DNA of 25,578 nt. It comes from a virus. Lineage: Duplodnaviria; Caudoviricetes. Positions within the stretch are counted from its first letter, which is position 1, and each line of letters begins with the position of its first letter. Of the stretch, positions 1 to 8,538 are shown piece after piece. Location of the stretch: positions 1 to 25,578 of the IMG/VR virus record IMGVR_UViG_3300031820_000017; one strand, written 5' to 3'. The notes beneath the pieces are model-generated. The model did no database searches. It had not been told where the DNA came from and saw nothing but the letters and a program-made list of their open reading frames with translations. The position numbers and the translations under genes are program-made.

Positions 1-797
1 TCCTGCCCAGCGTTGTCCACTGCGGTGACTTGGTAGGCGAAGCTTGCCCCGGTGCCGGCTGTGGCGGTGACTGATGCGATCACAGGCGATGAGATTGTAG
101 CGCCGAAGGAGATCGGGGCAAAGGCCCAGGAGGTCGGGGCCGTAAAGGTAAGGAGCTGGGGGGCGTAGTTCGGGTGCGTCAGATACATCGTGTTGGTGAT
201 TTGAACGAACTTAACCAACGCGAGGTCGGCTGCGGCGTAGGGCGAGGCGAATTTGTAAACCCTGGCAATGGTGCCACCGCTGACCCAGGCGGGGTAGCCA
301 AGGCTGTTAATCGGCTGGCCATTGACGGTGGCGATGGTGATGTTGTTCCCGGCGACGTTCGTGGCGAGGAAGAACAACCCATTGAGCTGGGTCATCCCCA
401 CGATGCCAGTGACGAAAATCCAATCGCCAATGACGATGTTGTGCCCCGGGGCAGTGATGACGGCAGGGTTGGCCTGGGAAGCCGCGGTGATGTTGAACGG
501 AGCTTCGAGAACCGACGCGCCTTTGGAGATCACCCGGCAGTAGAAATCACCAAACTCGAGGATATAGGGGATGAGGATAGAGGTTTGAAAAGGGATTAAT
601 CGAACAGCCGAGGAGGATTTGAATGCCTGAACAACGTACTTGGACCCAGGCCGAGTGCTGGCGCCCGAGCGGTAGTCGACGAAGAAGTTACGAAGCGCAG
701 CGGCGCCTGAGTGGTACTTGGTCAGGTCGGTGCGAGCGAAGATGCTCGGGGCTAGCTCGCCTGCTGCGAAACTTGTTTGTATTAAATTGGTGGACAT
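1..797 (-). CDS. Tail tubular protein B / stabilisation (nozzle) protein, N-terminal part; runs off the window
   Basis: Not in the ORF track. ATG at 797 overlaps the upstream stop (TAATG). Manual translation MSTNLIQTSFAAGELAPSIFARTDLTKYHSGAAALRNFFVDYRSGASTRPG matches the QxSFxxGELxP...RxD...N...RPG start typical of podoviral nozzle proteins; it also has an ITAASQANPAVITAPGH...GMTQLNG insert. Confidence 0.85.
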   Translation of the reverse strand, partial: MSTNLIQTSFAAGELAPSIFARTDLTKYHSGAAALRNFFVDYRSGASTRPGSKYVVQAFKSSSAVRLIPFQTSILIPYILEFGDFYCRVISKGASVLEAPFNITAASQANPAVITAPGHNIVIGDWIFVTGIVGMTQLNGLFFLATNVAGNNITIATVNGQPINSLGYPAWVSGGTIARVYKFASPYAAADLALVKFVQITNTMYLTHPNYAPQLLTFTAPTSWAFAPISFGATISSPVIASVTATAGTGASFAYQVTAVDNAGQ

Positions 798-1609
798 TAA
801 TACATACTCAAAAGCGCACCCCAGTCAAAGCTGACATTTGGGGTCCAGCCGAAGTCGGTGGAGTAATCCACTCCGCGAACCCTGATCCAATCCGGGGTTA
901 CGTTGTTGATCGTCAGGCCCTCGTTGCCATCGCCTGTCCTGGCGATTTGGATCATTGAATTGGCCTCGGTGAGTTTGGCATTCGCCAGGGCCTTATCGCC
1001 AGTGAGGTGGTAGGCAAGGCGGCCCGCGAGGACCATGGCCCAGGCGGTGACGAATTCAGAATCCATCACCGAAGGGTCGGTGATTTGCTTGACGTAGGCG
1101 AGGATCGCCTGTTGCTGGTTGGTGAGGATGACCCTGGTGTCAGCGCCACCGACTGTAGGCAGCCCGCTCGCACCGATTTGGTCGATCGCAATCTTGAACC
1201 TCACCGGTGGCCCTTGCCAGAACGAGGGAGAGCCGCCGGTGACAGCGGTGGTGATTGGAACGCCTGAGGCAAAGCCAGTGGCGAACTGAGGGACGATCCA
1301 CAGGGCCCTAAGGCAATCTGGCGGGTAGGCGTATTCGTACGCCCAGGGCGGCGGGGGCTGGCCTTTTTGCCATGTGGCGGTACCGGTGGTTGGGTTCTCT
1401 GGCGTGCCCGGGGCTGCGCAGATCAGGGAGAGGTTGTTAAAGTTGTTCGCGCAGGACCACGGAGCCATCCGCAGGAGTTCGTCCCGGGTCTTGTCGATCC
1501 AGATATTGGCAGCGAAGGCCTCGTTTGAGACCTCTGCCAAGGAGGAAACGGTGGACCTTGTCCCAATGAGGGACAAGGCCTGGTTGACGATGTCGACCTC
1601 TGCGGTCAC
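797..1609 (-). CDS. Tail tubular protein A / head-tail adaptor
   Basis: GTG at 1609 overlaps the upstream TGA (GTGA). Motifs VDIVNQALSLIG, RDELLRMAPW, WAYEYAYPPDCLR and LAGRLAYHLTG are typical of the adaptor family; lies directly before tubular B. Confidence 0.85.
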   Translation of the reverse strand: MTAEVDIVNQALSLIGTRSTVSSLAEVSNEAFAANIWIDKTRDELLRMAPWSCANNFNNLSLICAAPGTPENPTTGTATWQKGQPPPPWAYEYAYPPDCLRALWIVPQFATGFASGVPITTAVTGGSPSFWQGPPVRFKIAIDQIGASGLPTVGGADTRVILTNQQQAILAYVKQITDPSVMDSEFVTAWAMVLAGRLAYHLTGDKALANAKLTEANSMIQIARTGDGNEGLTINNVTPDWIRVRGVDYSTDFGWTPNVSFDWGALLSMY

Positions 1610-1851
1610 GAAGTCAGTTCCTTCACAATCCACATCACCGACTGCTCAAGGGCGGTGATGGCGAGGGAGTTGTACCGCCCTTGCTTGACCTGGGCGTACA
1701 GGGCCTCAAGCTCAGCGGCCTTGTCCTTGAGCTGGTCGTGGAGGGCTTTCTCTTCGTCGGTCAAGGCCCGGTACCGGGGGCGAAAGCGGCTGACGGCGAT
1801 GGCCTCGTCAGACTGCCGCCCGTCGGTGGGGCCTTCGTATACATTCGCCAT
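1606..1851 (-). CDS. Acb2/Tad1-like helical-hairpin protein (candidate cyclic-nucleotide sponge, anti-CBASS/anti-Thoeris)
   Basis: RBS AGAAAGGA. 81 aa with YRALTDEEKAL...K and GRYNSLAITALEQSVMWIVKEL, resembling the Acb2 YRxLxxEE...R..A.A.T pattern and the Acb2/Tad1 SLAITxLExAVMW signature. Confidence 0.7.
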   Translation of the reverse strand: MANVYEGPTDGRQSDEAIAVSRFRPRYRALTDEEKALHDQLKDKAAELEALYAQVKQGRYNSLAITALEQSVMWIVKELTS

Positions 1852-1879
1852 TGTTAGTCCTTTCTGTTGGTTGCAGAGA

Positions 1880-2101
1880 TTACTCGGCCAGCTCCCAATC
1901 GGTGGCGAGGAGGTCAGCCTGTGAGCAATTCCAGGGGATCAGTTTGCTGTCGGCCCCGCAGAGATAGACGTACATATGCCCCATCTTGCTGTTCTCATCG
2001 GGCACTTGTAGGGCGAGCCACATGCCCTTACCGTTCCAGCCGGCACGACGGACCTTATTGCCGTCCTGCATGGCCTTGACGGCCCAGCCAATTCCTTGCA
2101 T
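1880..2101 (-). CDS. tad2: DUF2829 / Tad2-like protein (candidate Thoeris anti-defence sponge)
   Basis: 73 aa with the DUF2829 signature GxKVRRxGWNGKGMWL...YVY...PWxxSQxDLLAxDW. Confidence 0.85.
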   Translation of the reverse strand: MQGIGWAVKAMQDGNKVRRAGWNGKGMWLALQVPDENSKMGHMYVYLCGADSKLIPWNCSQADLLATDWELAE

Positions 2102-2104
2102 TCA

Positions 2105-2383
2105 TTAGCCCTTTCTATTGGTCCCAGTCCCATGGTTCGACCCACCCAAGCCTGGGTGGCCAGAGGAACCATCGCTTGACGTGCCGTGCTTGCCCTGGGT
2201 CCCTGCGTTACCGCAGTTATGCCCGTGGAGCCCTGGGGACTGAGCGTCGTTGATGTTGCTCGGGCCCCGCGGGTGGGAGTAGTTGTGGACGTCCCGTGGG
2301 GTCTGGGCTCCGCCACCGCTGGCGCGTGGGGCCTGCGGCTGGCGAGACTCGGGGCCGTATTCGCCGAGGATGTCTCGGGGCAT
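2105..2383 (-). CDS. Gly/His/Ser-rich disordered hypothetical protein (92 aa)
   Basis: ATG at 2383 with RBS AGGAGAG, just after the upstream stop; MPRDILGEYG...GTQGKHG...NRKG. Confidence 0.7.
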   Translation of the reverse strand: MPRDILGEYGPESRQPQAPRASGGGAQTPRDVHNYSHPRGPSNINDAQSPGLHGHNCGNAGTQGKHGTSSDGSSGHPGLGGSNHGTGTNRKG

Positions 2384-2384
2384 G

Positions 2385-2594
2385 TTAGACTCTCCTATCG
2401 TTGTTGGGGTTGCCGGGTTGGCTTCCGTCGTCCTCTTGGGCTTCCTCGCCCTCATCCTCTCCAGCCTCCTCCGTGTCGCTAGTGGCGATCTTCGCAAGCT
2501 CCTCCAAAGCCGCATCGTGGATGGCCTTCAGGTTGGGATACTTCAGAGCGCCTTCGGCGACGTGCAGGAGCAGTGCAGCGCGTTCAAAGTTCAT
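2385..2594 (-). CDS. Hypothetical protein with acidic C-terminal tail (69 aa)
   Basis: ATGA-coupled start at 2594; MNFERAALLLHV...DTEEAGEDEGEEAQEDD. Confidence 0.7.
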   Translation of the reverse strand: MNFERAALLLHVAEGALKYPNLKAIHDAALEELAKIATSDTEEAGEDEGEEAQEDDGSQPGNPNNDRRV

Positions 2595-2821
2595 CGGTGC
2601 TTTCCCTGTGAGCCTGAGTGATGGTTGGTCTGCCCTGCCTTCGGAGCGTGGACCCCGCGGGCGGTGTGCATGGGGACAGAGTTGGGCCCAGTTGAGCCGG
2701 TATCGGCGTGGTTGCCGACGTGGTTGCCGATCCGGGATACGTACGCCGGGTTGATGCCCCGAGCAGAGGGTTCGACCTTCTGCTGACCTAGGCCTGAGTG
2801 GGAAGCTCGTCCTTGTTTCAT
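2591..2821 (-). CDS. Gly/His-rich hypothetical protein (76 aa)
   Basis: ATG at 2821 with RBS GAAGGAG; MKQGRASHSG...HHSGSQGKHR. Confidence 0.7.
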   Translation of the reverse strand: MKQGRASHSGLGQQKVEPSARGINPAYVSRIGNHVGNHADTGSTGPNSVPMHTARGVHAPKAGQTNHHSGSQGKHR

Positions 2822-2823
2822 TT

Positions 2824-3042
2824 TCACTCTCCTTCGATTGCCCCACCTCGGCCTTTCTCGATCTGGAGAACCTCGAGAAGGTGTTTGTGGGCGCGTTGAA
2901 GCTCTGCTGAGAAATCGCTCGGAACCTGCTGGCCGATGGACTCCCAGTAGTTCTTGATGTAGATCAGGTTGTGGTAGTGGTGGGTGACGTGATGGATGTT
3001 CTGCGGAACCCTCCGCAGGGCATCGTTCGGTTCGTTGCTCAT
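2824..3042 (-). CDS. His-rich hypothetical protein (72 aa)
   Basis: ATGA-coupled to the upstream ORF; contains HHVTHHYH. Confidence 0.7.
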   Translation of the reverse strand: MSNEPNDALRRVPQNIHHVTHHYHNLIYIKNYWESIGQQVPSDFSAELQRAHKHLLEVLQIEKGRGGAIEGE

Positions 3043-3194
3043 TTGGGTTTCTTCTTTCGTAAGATCCCGGTGCCTTTGTCGGCCTTGTTGAACTCCTTGG
3101 CGACGCCGGGTGGGATGCCGACCTTTTTGGCAAAGGCTGGATTGTGGGCTGCCGCCGCCATCGTCCTGGCCTGCTTAGGGGTTGAGCTGGGCAT
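3039..3194 (-). CDS. Small basic phage protein (51 aa)
   Basis: Not in the ORF track. RBS GAGG; MPSSTPKQARTMAAAAHNPAFAKKVGIPPGVAKEFNKADKGTGILRKKKPK. I recall this motif from small proteins in phage structural regions. Confidence 0.75.
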   Translation of the reverse strand: MPSSTPKQARTMAAAAHNPAFAKKVGIPPGVAKEFNKADKGTGILRKKKPK

Positions 3195-3201
3195 GGCGAC
3201 C

Positions 3202-4359
3202 TCAGGTCTTGATGATGTAGTTCATGATCATCGTGGGTTCGACGGTCACGGTAGGACTGCCCCCGCCCTGGCTAGCGACGGTGTGGGTGTGGGAGTCTTG
3301 GGTCAGGGTGGTCGTGCCGAGGCCTGAGGAGGTTGTGAAAACCCCAGTGATGTTGTCCGGCCCGCCGCCAGAGGTTGTGGTTTTCTGATACCGGAACGAG
3401 TCCTGAGTGCCGCCAGTGACACCGCCGTGGTTATGGGAGGGAAGCTGTGCCACGGAGATGGTTTGGGTCTCAGCGCCGCCAGAGTTGCCAAGGGTCGTCG
3501 CGCCACCGGTGATGGAGGTTGCGGTCAAGCGATTGGCTGCGATGCCGCCTTGGTTATCCAGATTGGCGATGACCCTGCCACGGAGATCGGGGACGTTGAA
3601 GGTGGTGACGCCGTCGCCGACGCCGTAGGTAGTGCCGATGGCGGCGAAGAGCGCTGCGGTTGCCCCGGTGCGTGAGACCGCTTGGCCAAAGCAACCGAGG
3701 TATCCGGAGGGGATCACGGAACCCGCGAAGGCCTTGACCACACCAGAGGGCTCAGGGGCCACGCCGGTCAGGCCCAGTAGGGCAAGGCCAGCGGCCAGGG
3801 AGGCTGAGCCAACAACTGGCGCCCAGGCCGAGGAAACGGTCCCTGCTGGGAGGGTGGCGATGGCTGTGGGGTTGCCAGAGGAGTCCCAACCAAAGGCGAG
3901 GTTGGCTCGGTTGGCGACGGCTGGGATCAGGCCAGGGGCAGGGTCAGAGACGGCGACGGCGATCTGTCGGCCGAGGAGTTCCTGAAGCTGCTGAACAAGC
4001 ATCGTCTGGTAGTCTAGGGCTTGCTCGATCGCAGCTTGGTAGGCCGTGCTTTGATTGGCCAGGGAGACCGGTTGGGTCTCAGGGAGGGTGCGAAGGATAG
4101 TGAGGGAAGTCCCGGTGGCGATTGGCGAGCCGATCAGGGGATAGGTTACGTTGCCGCCAAAGGCTGTTGGGTTCGGCGCCACCGCAGGGAACAGGGCAAC
4201 GGAGTAGAGGTTAGAGGCGAGGAGAGTGACGACACCGGTTGCGTCAGTGAAGAAGACCTGAAGGTCGCTCGCGGCCACCGCAGGGAAGGTGAAGCCGAAG
4301 ATCGTCGTGGCGCCATTGCCCGCGTAGGTGATCTTGTTCGAGGTGGTCGAGACGGTCAT
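3202..4359 (-). CDS. Tail fibre: T7 gp17-like N-terminal attachment domain plus tail collar domain (385 aa)
   Basis: Likely start ATG 4359 (MTVSTTSNKITYAGNGATTIFGFTF...IEQALDYQTMLVQQL); C-terminal collar motif PSGVVKAFAG...LFAAIGTTYG.GDG.TTFNVPDLRGR. Confidence 0.9.
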   Translation of the reverse strand: MTVSTTSNKITYAGNGATTIFGFTFPAVAASDLQVFFTDATGVVTLLASNLYSVALFPAVAPNPTAFGGNVTYPLIGSPIATGTSLTILRTLPETQPVSLANQSTAYQAAIEQALDYQTMLVQQLQELLGRQIAVAVSDPAPGLIPAVANRANLAFGWDSSGNPTAIATLPAGTVSSAWAPVVGSASLAAGLALLGLTGVAPEPSGVVKAFAGSVIPSGYLGCFGQAVSRTGATAALFAAIGTTYGVGDGVTTFNVPDLRGRVIANLDNQGGIAANRLTATSITGGATTLGNSGGAETQTISVAQLPSHNHGGVTGGTQDSFRYQKTTTSGGGPDNITGVFTTSSGLGTTTLTQDSHTHTVASQGGGSPTVTVEPTMIMNYIIKT

Positions 4360-4361
4360 GG

Positions 4362-5636
4362 CTAGTTCCCATACCGAGCGAGGTCGCGGTAGCCGATGGT
4401 TGAACCGACCAAGGTGTCGGCTGCGCCGCTGGAGGACCAGCGAATGCGGATCTGAGCCGAGGTGTTCGTCAGGGTCCGTACGACGTTCTGGCTGTGTGTG
4501 GTGGCGGCTAGGACGCATTCTACGGATTGCAACGTCGTACCCGGAGCCGTGTCAGCAACGCCAAGCGACGAGACCAGAATCTGCGGATTGGTGGTGTTAT
4601 TGCTGCAATACAGTGTGTTGATCGCCTCAACAACGATCCCACGCGGCGTCGTCAGCGTCACGCTTACAGCCGACGTCCCAGGGTTTGACTGGTTGATGTC
4701 CGTTTGGAAAGGCGCGTCGTACATGAACATGTCGACGGCCTGCTGGAACTTCCGGATGTTTGGAGTCGCATCGGTCAGGAAGGACCCGATATAACGCTTT
4801 TTGGTATAGTTCGTCGGCATGGTAGGCGATGGCGTGACGCCAGCGGTTTCAACAGTGCAGACGTAATCCACCACCTGTGTATCGGTCCGCTCGATCTGGA
4901 AGATCGCGTACCAAGTGTTGGTAGCAACCGATCCCGTGTCGAGACAGCCGTTGCCCGAGCCCACTGCCCAGGCTGCGGTAGTTTTGGTAAAGGCCGCAGC
5001 CTTCATCAGGGTGGAGTTATCGTCGGCATTAGTAGTACAGGCGGTGTTTGAGATCGTCGTGTTGGCGCCGGTGGCTGAGAGGGTACAGCCGCCGATGAAA
5101 TTGGCAAACAGCGTAGCGTCGGTCGTTGACGAGATCGTGCCGCAGCCAATGCCGGTGTTCGTGGTCCACTGCAACGCCGAAGTCGCCGTCGAGCACGATG
5201 GCATCGCCATGTCGGAGGCGTTCGCCGTAGCCGAGGTTGGATTGGCCTTGACGGTATTAGCCGCCATCTGGGCGGCTTTGGCGTTGGTGACGATGTTGGT
5301 GGTGATAGTCGTGGCGACGGTGCCTGCGGAGCTCGTCACATCGCCAGTCAGCGCTGGCATCTGCCCTGCCGCGACCGACCCAGTCAGGTCGGAGAAGGCC
5401 GGCTGCGCACAGGTCGACAGCCCAGCCAGGATCGACGTGACGAACTGGTGCGTTGGGCAGGTGATGAAGAATGGGGAAAGGGCCGAGCCAACGAACCGAG
5501 TGTTGGCCGCAGCGTTGGTCGAGTCCCCGGCTGGCCGATCGGCGACCACGCAGTTGGGGTTGGTCGGGCCGCAGCCCTGGGCCAGGGCCGGGCCGGCGAA
5601 GAGGACGAGGCCAAGGGCTAGGAGAAGCCGTTTCAT
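4362..5636 (-). CDS. Fibre-like protein with Sec signal peptide, 12 Cys (424 aa)
   Basis: MKRLLLALGLVLFAGPALA|QG; fibre-type segments LTGDVTSSAG and VTNAKAAQMAANTVKAN; C-terminal GCLDTGSVATNTWY...PTMPTNYTKKRYIGS resembles phage fibre domains. Confidence 0.75.
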   Translation of the reverse strand: MKRLLLALGLVLFAGPALAQGCGPTNPNCVVADRPAGDSTNAAANTRFVGSALSPFFITCPTHQFVTSILAGLSTCAQPAFSDLTGSVAAGQMPALTGDVTSSAGTVATTITTNIVTNAKAAQMAANTVKANPTSATANASDMAMPSCSTATSALQWTTNTGIGCGTISSTTDATLFANFIGGCTLSATGANTTISNTACTTNADDNSTLMKAAAFTKTTAAWAVGSGNGCLDTGSVATNTWYAIFQIERTDTQVVDYVCTVETAGVTPSPTMPTNYTKKRYIGSFLTDATPNIRKFQQAVDMFMYDAPFQTDINQSNPGTSAVSVTLTTPRGIVVEAINTLYCSNNTTNPQILVSSLGVADTAPGTTLQSVECVLAATTHSQNVVRTLTNTSAQIRIRWSSSGAADTLVGSTIGYRDLARYGN

Positions 5637-5983
5637 ACGTTCGAATCCATAATCGTCAGGGGATTGTTAACCCCGCTGGCTGCGAGGGCTTTCCACGCCG
5701 TCTGGCACTCCCCTGAGACGACCAGGACGCCGCCTGAGAAGATCGGGAAGGTCCCACCGAGCGCAGCCAGGGTTGGGGTCAAGGCAGCGCCGTTGAGGTC
5801 GACCGAGGGACAGACGTAGATCGTAACCGCGCTGGGGTTGGCAAAGGTCAGCTGCTGGCGAGACGGGTTCGCGGCTACGACCTGGATTGCGGCTGTGCCC
5901 AGGTTGTTGACCGCACTGACCTTGCCACCTGAGGCAGCGCCAATAGCCCCGGGGCTGCCTGTGCTATTGGCGATGATACCCAC
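5633..5983 (-). CDS. Small beta-rich putative virion (decoration/spike) protein
   Basis: GTG start with RBS GGAGG; VVAANPSRQQLTFANPS..TIYV pattern seen in small structural proteins; stop overlaps the next start. Confidence 0.65.
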   Translation of the reverse strand: MGIIANSTGSPGAIGAASGGKVSAVNNLGTAAIQVVAANPSRQQLTFANPSAVTIYVCPSVDLNGAALTPTLAALGGTFPIFSGGVLVVSGECQTAWKALAASGVNNPLTIMDSNV

Positions 5984-5986
5984 GGG

Positions 5987-6523
5987 TTATGCCCTCCGCT
6001 CGCCGTTGACCTTGGACGCCAGCGTAGCGAGGATAGCCGCGTTCTGCTTCATCAGCTCCATCATCTGGCCCTGCATTTCCATGAACTGCTGAGCTGGAAC
6101 CCCAGCGGATTGGGTCGTGGCCATGGTCTCCGCGACCTGCCGCTGAAGGTCAGTCAGGAGGGATTGGGAGTAGTTGCCAGGGAGGGACTCAATCGGATGC
6201 TGCCAGTTGGCGCTGGCCGCCTCAGAGATGGCCTGGGCCTCTTCGTCGATCGGCTCCATATCCGGGGTCGGCGGACCGGAGAAGATCAGGTCCTTCGGGT
6301 CGGCGTTGACGCCGTCGCTGACGTTGATGTTCCCACCGATGACCTGGCCGGACTGGGAACGGAAGACCTCGTTCCAATCTGCCGGGTCCTCAGGGTTGAG
6401 GAACAGCGGAACGGGGAAGATCTTGCGGACCTGCTTGCCAGTCCCGCGGTCGATCTCCTTGTACTCCCACTCAGTGCCTTTGACATTGAGGTAGTGCGGC
6501 TGGGTTAGACGCCATCTTGCCAT
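5987..6523 (-). CDS. Hypothetical structural-module protein with C-terminal coiled coil
   Basis: RBS AGGAGG; MARWRLTQPHYLNV...GPPTPDMEPIDEEA. Confidence 0.75.
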   Translation of the reverse strand: MARWRLTQPHYLNVKGTEWEYKEIDRGTGKQVRKIFPVPLFLNPEDPADWNEVFRSQSGQVIGGNINVSDGVNADPKDLIFSGPPTPDMEPIDEEAQAISEAASANWQHPIESLPGNYSQSLLTDLQRQVAETMATTQSAGVPAQQFMEMQGQMMELMKQNAAILATLASKVNGERRA

Positions 6524-6532
6524 ATCGGCCTC

Positions 6533-6823
6533 CTAGAGAACGATCCAAGTCGTTCCGTTGCAGTAAACAGCCACATGCACAGCGCCGCCAGAGGCGACGG
6601 CTGCAAGGGCTGCGGGAACAAGCGCGTCGGTAACGCCGAAGATCAGGCCTTCGGTCGCGGCGTTGCAGGGTGGCAAGCCGGCTACGGTTGCCTTCTGTGG
6701 CTGTGGGCCCGATCCAGTTCCAGTTCCGCCCATAGCCAGAGGGACAGGAATGGGAACGCTTTGGCGAATATCCTGGGCTTGTGCAGAGCCACAGAGGAGC
6801 AGGAAGAGAGCTAAGGTTCTCAC
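6533..6823 (-). CDS. Small fibre/decoration-like protein with Sec signal peptide (96 aa)
   Basis: GTGA-coupled start at 6823; MRTLALFLLLCGSAQA|QD; TVAGLPPC...VTDA...YCNGTTW motif. Confidence 0.7.
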   Translation of the reverse strand: MRTLALFLLLCGSAQAQDIRQSVPIPVPLAMGGTGTGSGPQPQKATVAGLPPCNAATEGLIFGVTDALVPAALAAVASGGAVHVAVYCNGTTWIVL

Positions 6824-8097
6824 TGTTGATACCCCCAAGCGTTGATGGAAGTAGCAGTGTTGCCTGCGGCACCAGGGACGGTGACTACCACCGCGGTGTT
6901 AACCGCAGAGCTGGGAAGGCAGTAGTTGCCGAAGGAGAAGCTCACAGGGGCATTGGCCACAGCAGCACCGGCGGCGAAGGTGTAGGCCCCGGTGAAGGTG
7001 AAGGCGTTAGGCAGGCCGGTAATGGTCGGTGTGACCGAGGTCGCAGCGGTGGCCCCGAGGCCAGTGATGTTGAAGCCACAGATGTAGGTGAACTTAGCCG
7101 CTACTGCAGCGAGGGTAGCGGTGGCTGTCGTGGTATCCGCAGCGTTAAAGACTGCCGTGACCGGCGTTGACCCTGGTGGGAACCCGGCTGAGCCTGAGCC
7201 AGCAGCGACGGTGCCTTGGGTGGTGTTCAGAGCCCCAAGGGGGCTGACCGTAGCCTGTCGCCATCCGAAGGTTCCATCCCGAATGGCCGTGGCGTTGCGA
7301 GACGAGTCGCCGATGGTTACTTGGTTTAGCTGAAGGGTCGCAGACGACGTCGGAGGGCTCGCTGCGGCGACGGTAAGGGCACCGATGGCGAGGGTGTTGA
7401 CGTCAGGACCGCCAGCACCGGTCAGGACCTCGGCTACGAAGTTCCCGTCGACGAACCAGAGGATGCTATCGCCACGGAAGTAGATCTGGTACTTGTGAAC
7501 CCCCGCATCGGTTGGCTGGGGGATACAGTTACAGAACTGAGGACCGGTGGTACGAACGGATAGGTCGATGTTGACGTTAATCGCCCCCGACGCCCAGGTC
7601 TGTGCCCTGAGCTTCCCAGCGGTATCGATAGCAAAGCCAACGGCGTTGGTCAGCGGAGCCGCGGCCGTTGGGGTACCTGGAGCTGAGAAGAACCCAAAGA
7701 ACCGATAGGCGTTGGAGAGGACGGGGAATTCCCAGTTAACCTGGAACTGGAGGGTGACGTAGCCAGGGTTTCTCCCAGCAAAGGTCGGTTGGGAGATAAG
7801 CTGGGAGAAGCCGTTGGCTTGGTTGCCAGAGCCGAGGACGGTGGCACCGACGGCGTTGGTAGCGGCGGTCGCATTGCCTCCACCGCCCGTAGTCGGAGTG
7901 CTCCAGCGATTGGTGGTGTCGAGGGTGCCAGTGCCGAAGTCGTCCCAGAATAACTGGGCGTTTTCGAGCTTGACGTTGAAGGAGTTCCCATCGACGGACG
8001 GGAAAACAGTGGGCGGAGCAACGGTCTGCTCCAACCCCTGGGCAAAGGCACTGGCTGGAAGCAGCGCCAGTGCAAGAGCCAGCCAGTGCTTTTTCAT
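6820..8097 (-). CDS. Signal-peptide protein with probable ConA/lectin-like beta-sandwich and C-terminal decoration-like domain (425 aa)
   Basis: MKKHWLALALALLPASAFA|QG; WDDFGTGTLDT..RW and HKYQIYF...WFVDG resemble ConA-like folds. Confidence 0.7.
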   Translation of the reverse strand: MKKHWLALALALLPASAFAQGLEQTVAPPTVFPSVDGNSFNVKLENAQLFWDDFGTGTLDTTNRWSTPTTGGGGNATAATNAVGATVLGSGNQANGFSQLISQPTFAGRNPGYVTLQFQVNWEFPVLSNAYRFFGFFSAPGTPTAAAPLTNAVGFAIDTAGKLRAQTWASGAINVNIDLSVRTTGPQFCNCIPQPTDAGVHKYQIYFRGDSILWFVDGNFVAEVLTGAGGPDVNTLAIGALTVAAASPPTSSATLQLNQVTIGDSSRNATAIRDGTFGWRQATVSPLGALNTTQGTVAAGSGSAGFPPGSTPVTAVFNAADTTTATATLAAVAAKFTYICGFNITGLGATAATSVTPTITGLPNAFTFTGAYTFAAGAAVANAPVSFSFGNYCLPSSAVNTAVVVTVPGAAGNTATSINAWGYQQ

Positions 8098-8100
8098 GGT

Positions 8101-8535
8101 TCAACCCGGTGACATGCAGACGATGTTGTAGACGGTCGAGGCCACGTCGACGGTCATGGAGATCGCCGTGGCGGAGACGGTGTAGGTCGGCTGAACCGCT
8201 GCGCCCTGAGGAGTGATCACACAGGCCGGAGCGGTGGTGAAGGCTGTGCCGAAGGTGACGGTACAGGTGGTGGCGGCAGAGCCGGTGGTCAGGCGAAGGG
8301 CATTGTCCGACCCGGTGAAAGACGGGGAAGTGCCACAGGTTGAGAGGACCGGAGGGAGGCTGCCGCGGGTGGTGGAGTTGATATGCCCGGGGAAGTTGAC
8401 GCCGTTGTTGGTGTCGTACCCGACTAGCCCAGTTGGGTCCTGGGACAGCTGGACGGATTTGGTAATGTTCTGCCCAATCGCGGCGCCGGCAAAGCAGGCG
8501 AGGATTAGGAGAGAGGGAAGGAGGTACTTACGCAT
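8101..8535 (-). CDS. Signal-peptide protein with small fibre-tip-like beta domain (144 aa)
   Basis: RBS GAGGA; MRKYLLPSLLILACFAGAAIG|QN; TCTVTFGTAFTTAPACV resembles gp53/H-type-lectin-like tips; 4 mature Cys. Confidence 0.7.
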   Translation of the reverse strand: MRKYLLPSLLILACFAGAAIGQNITKSVQLSQDPTGLVGYDTNNGVNFPGHINSTTRGSLPPVLSTCGTSPSFTGSDNALRLTTGSAATTCTVTFGTAFTTAPACVITPQGAAVQPTYTVSATAISMTVDVASTVYNIVCMSPG

Positions 8536-8538
8536 GGG

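Noticed and set aside
4360-4518. Upstream extension of the tail fibre ORF given by the track (similarly for ORFs listed to 2515, 2846, 3133 and 1633)
   Set aside because: The extensions overlap upstream genes; internal starts have RBSs or stop-start coupling.
8494-8535. Possible lipoprotein lipobox (ILAC) in ORF 8101-8535
   Set aside because: Leu at -2 is non-canonical, and the AIG|Q site matches the four sibling proteins better; not fully excluded.
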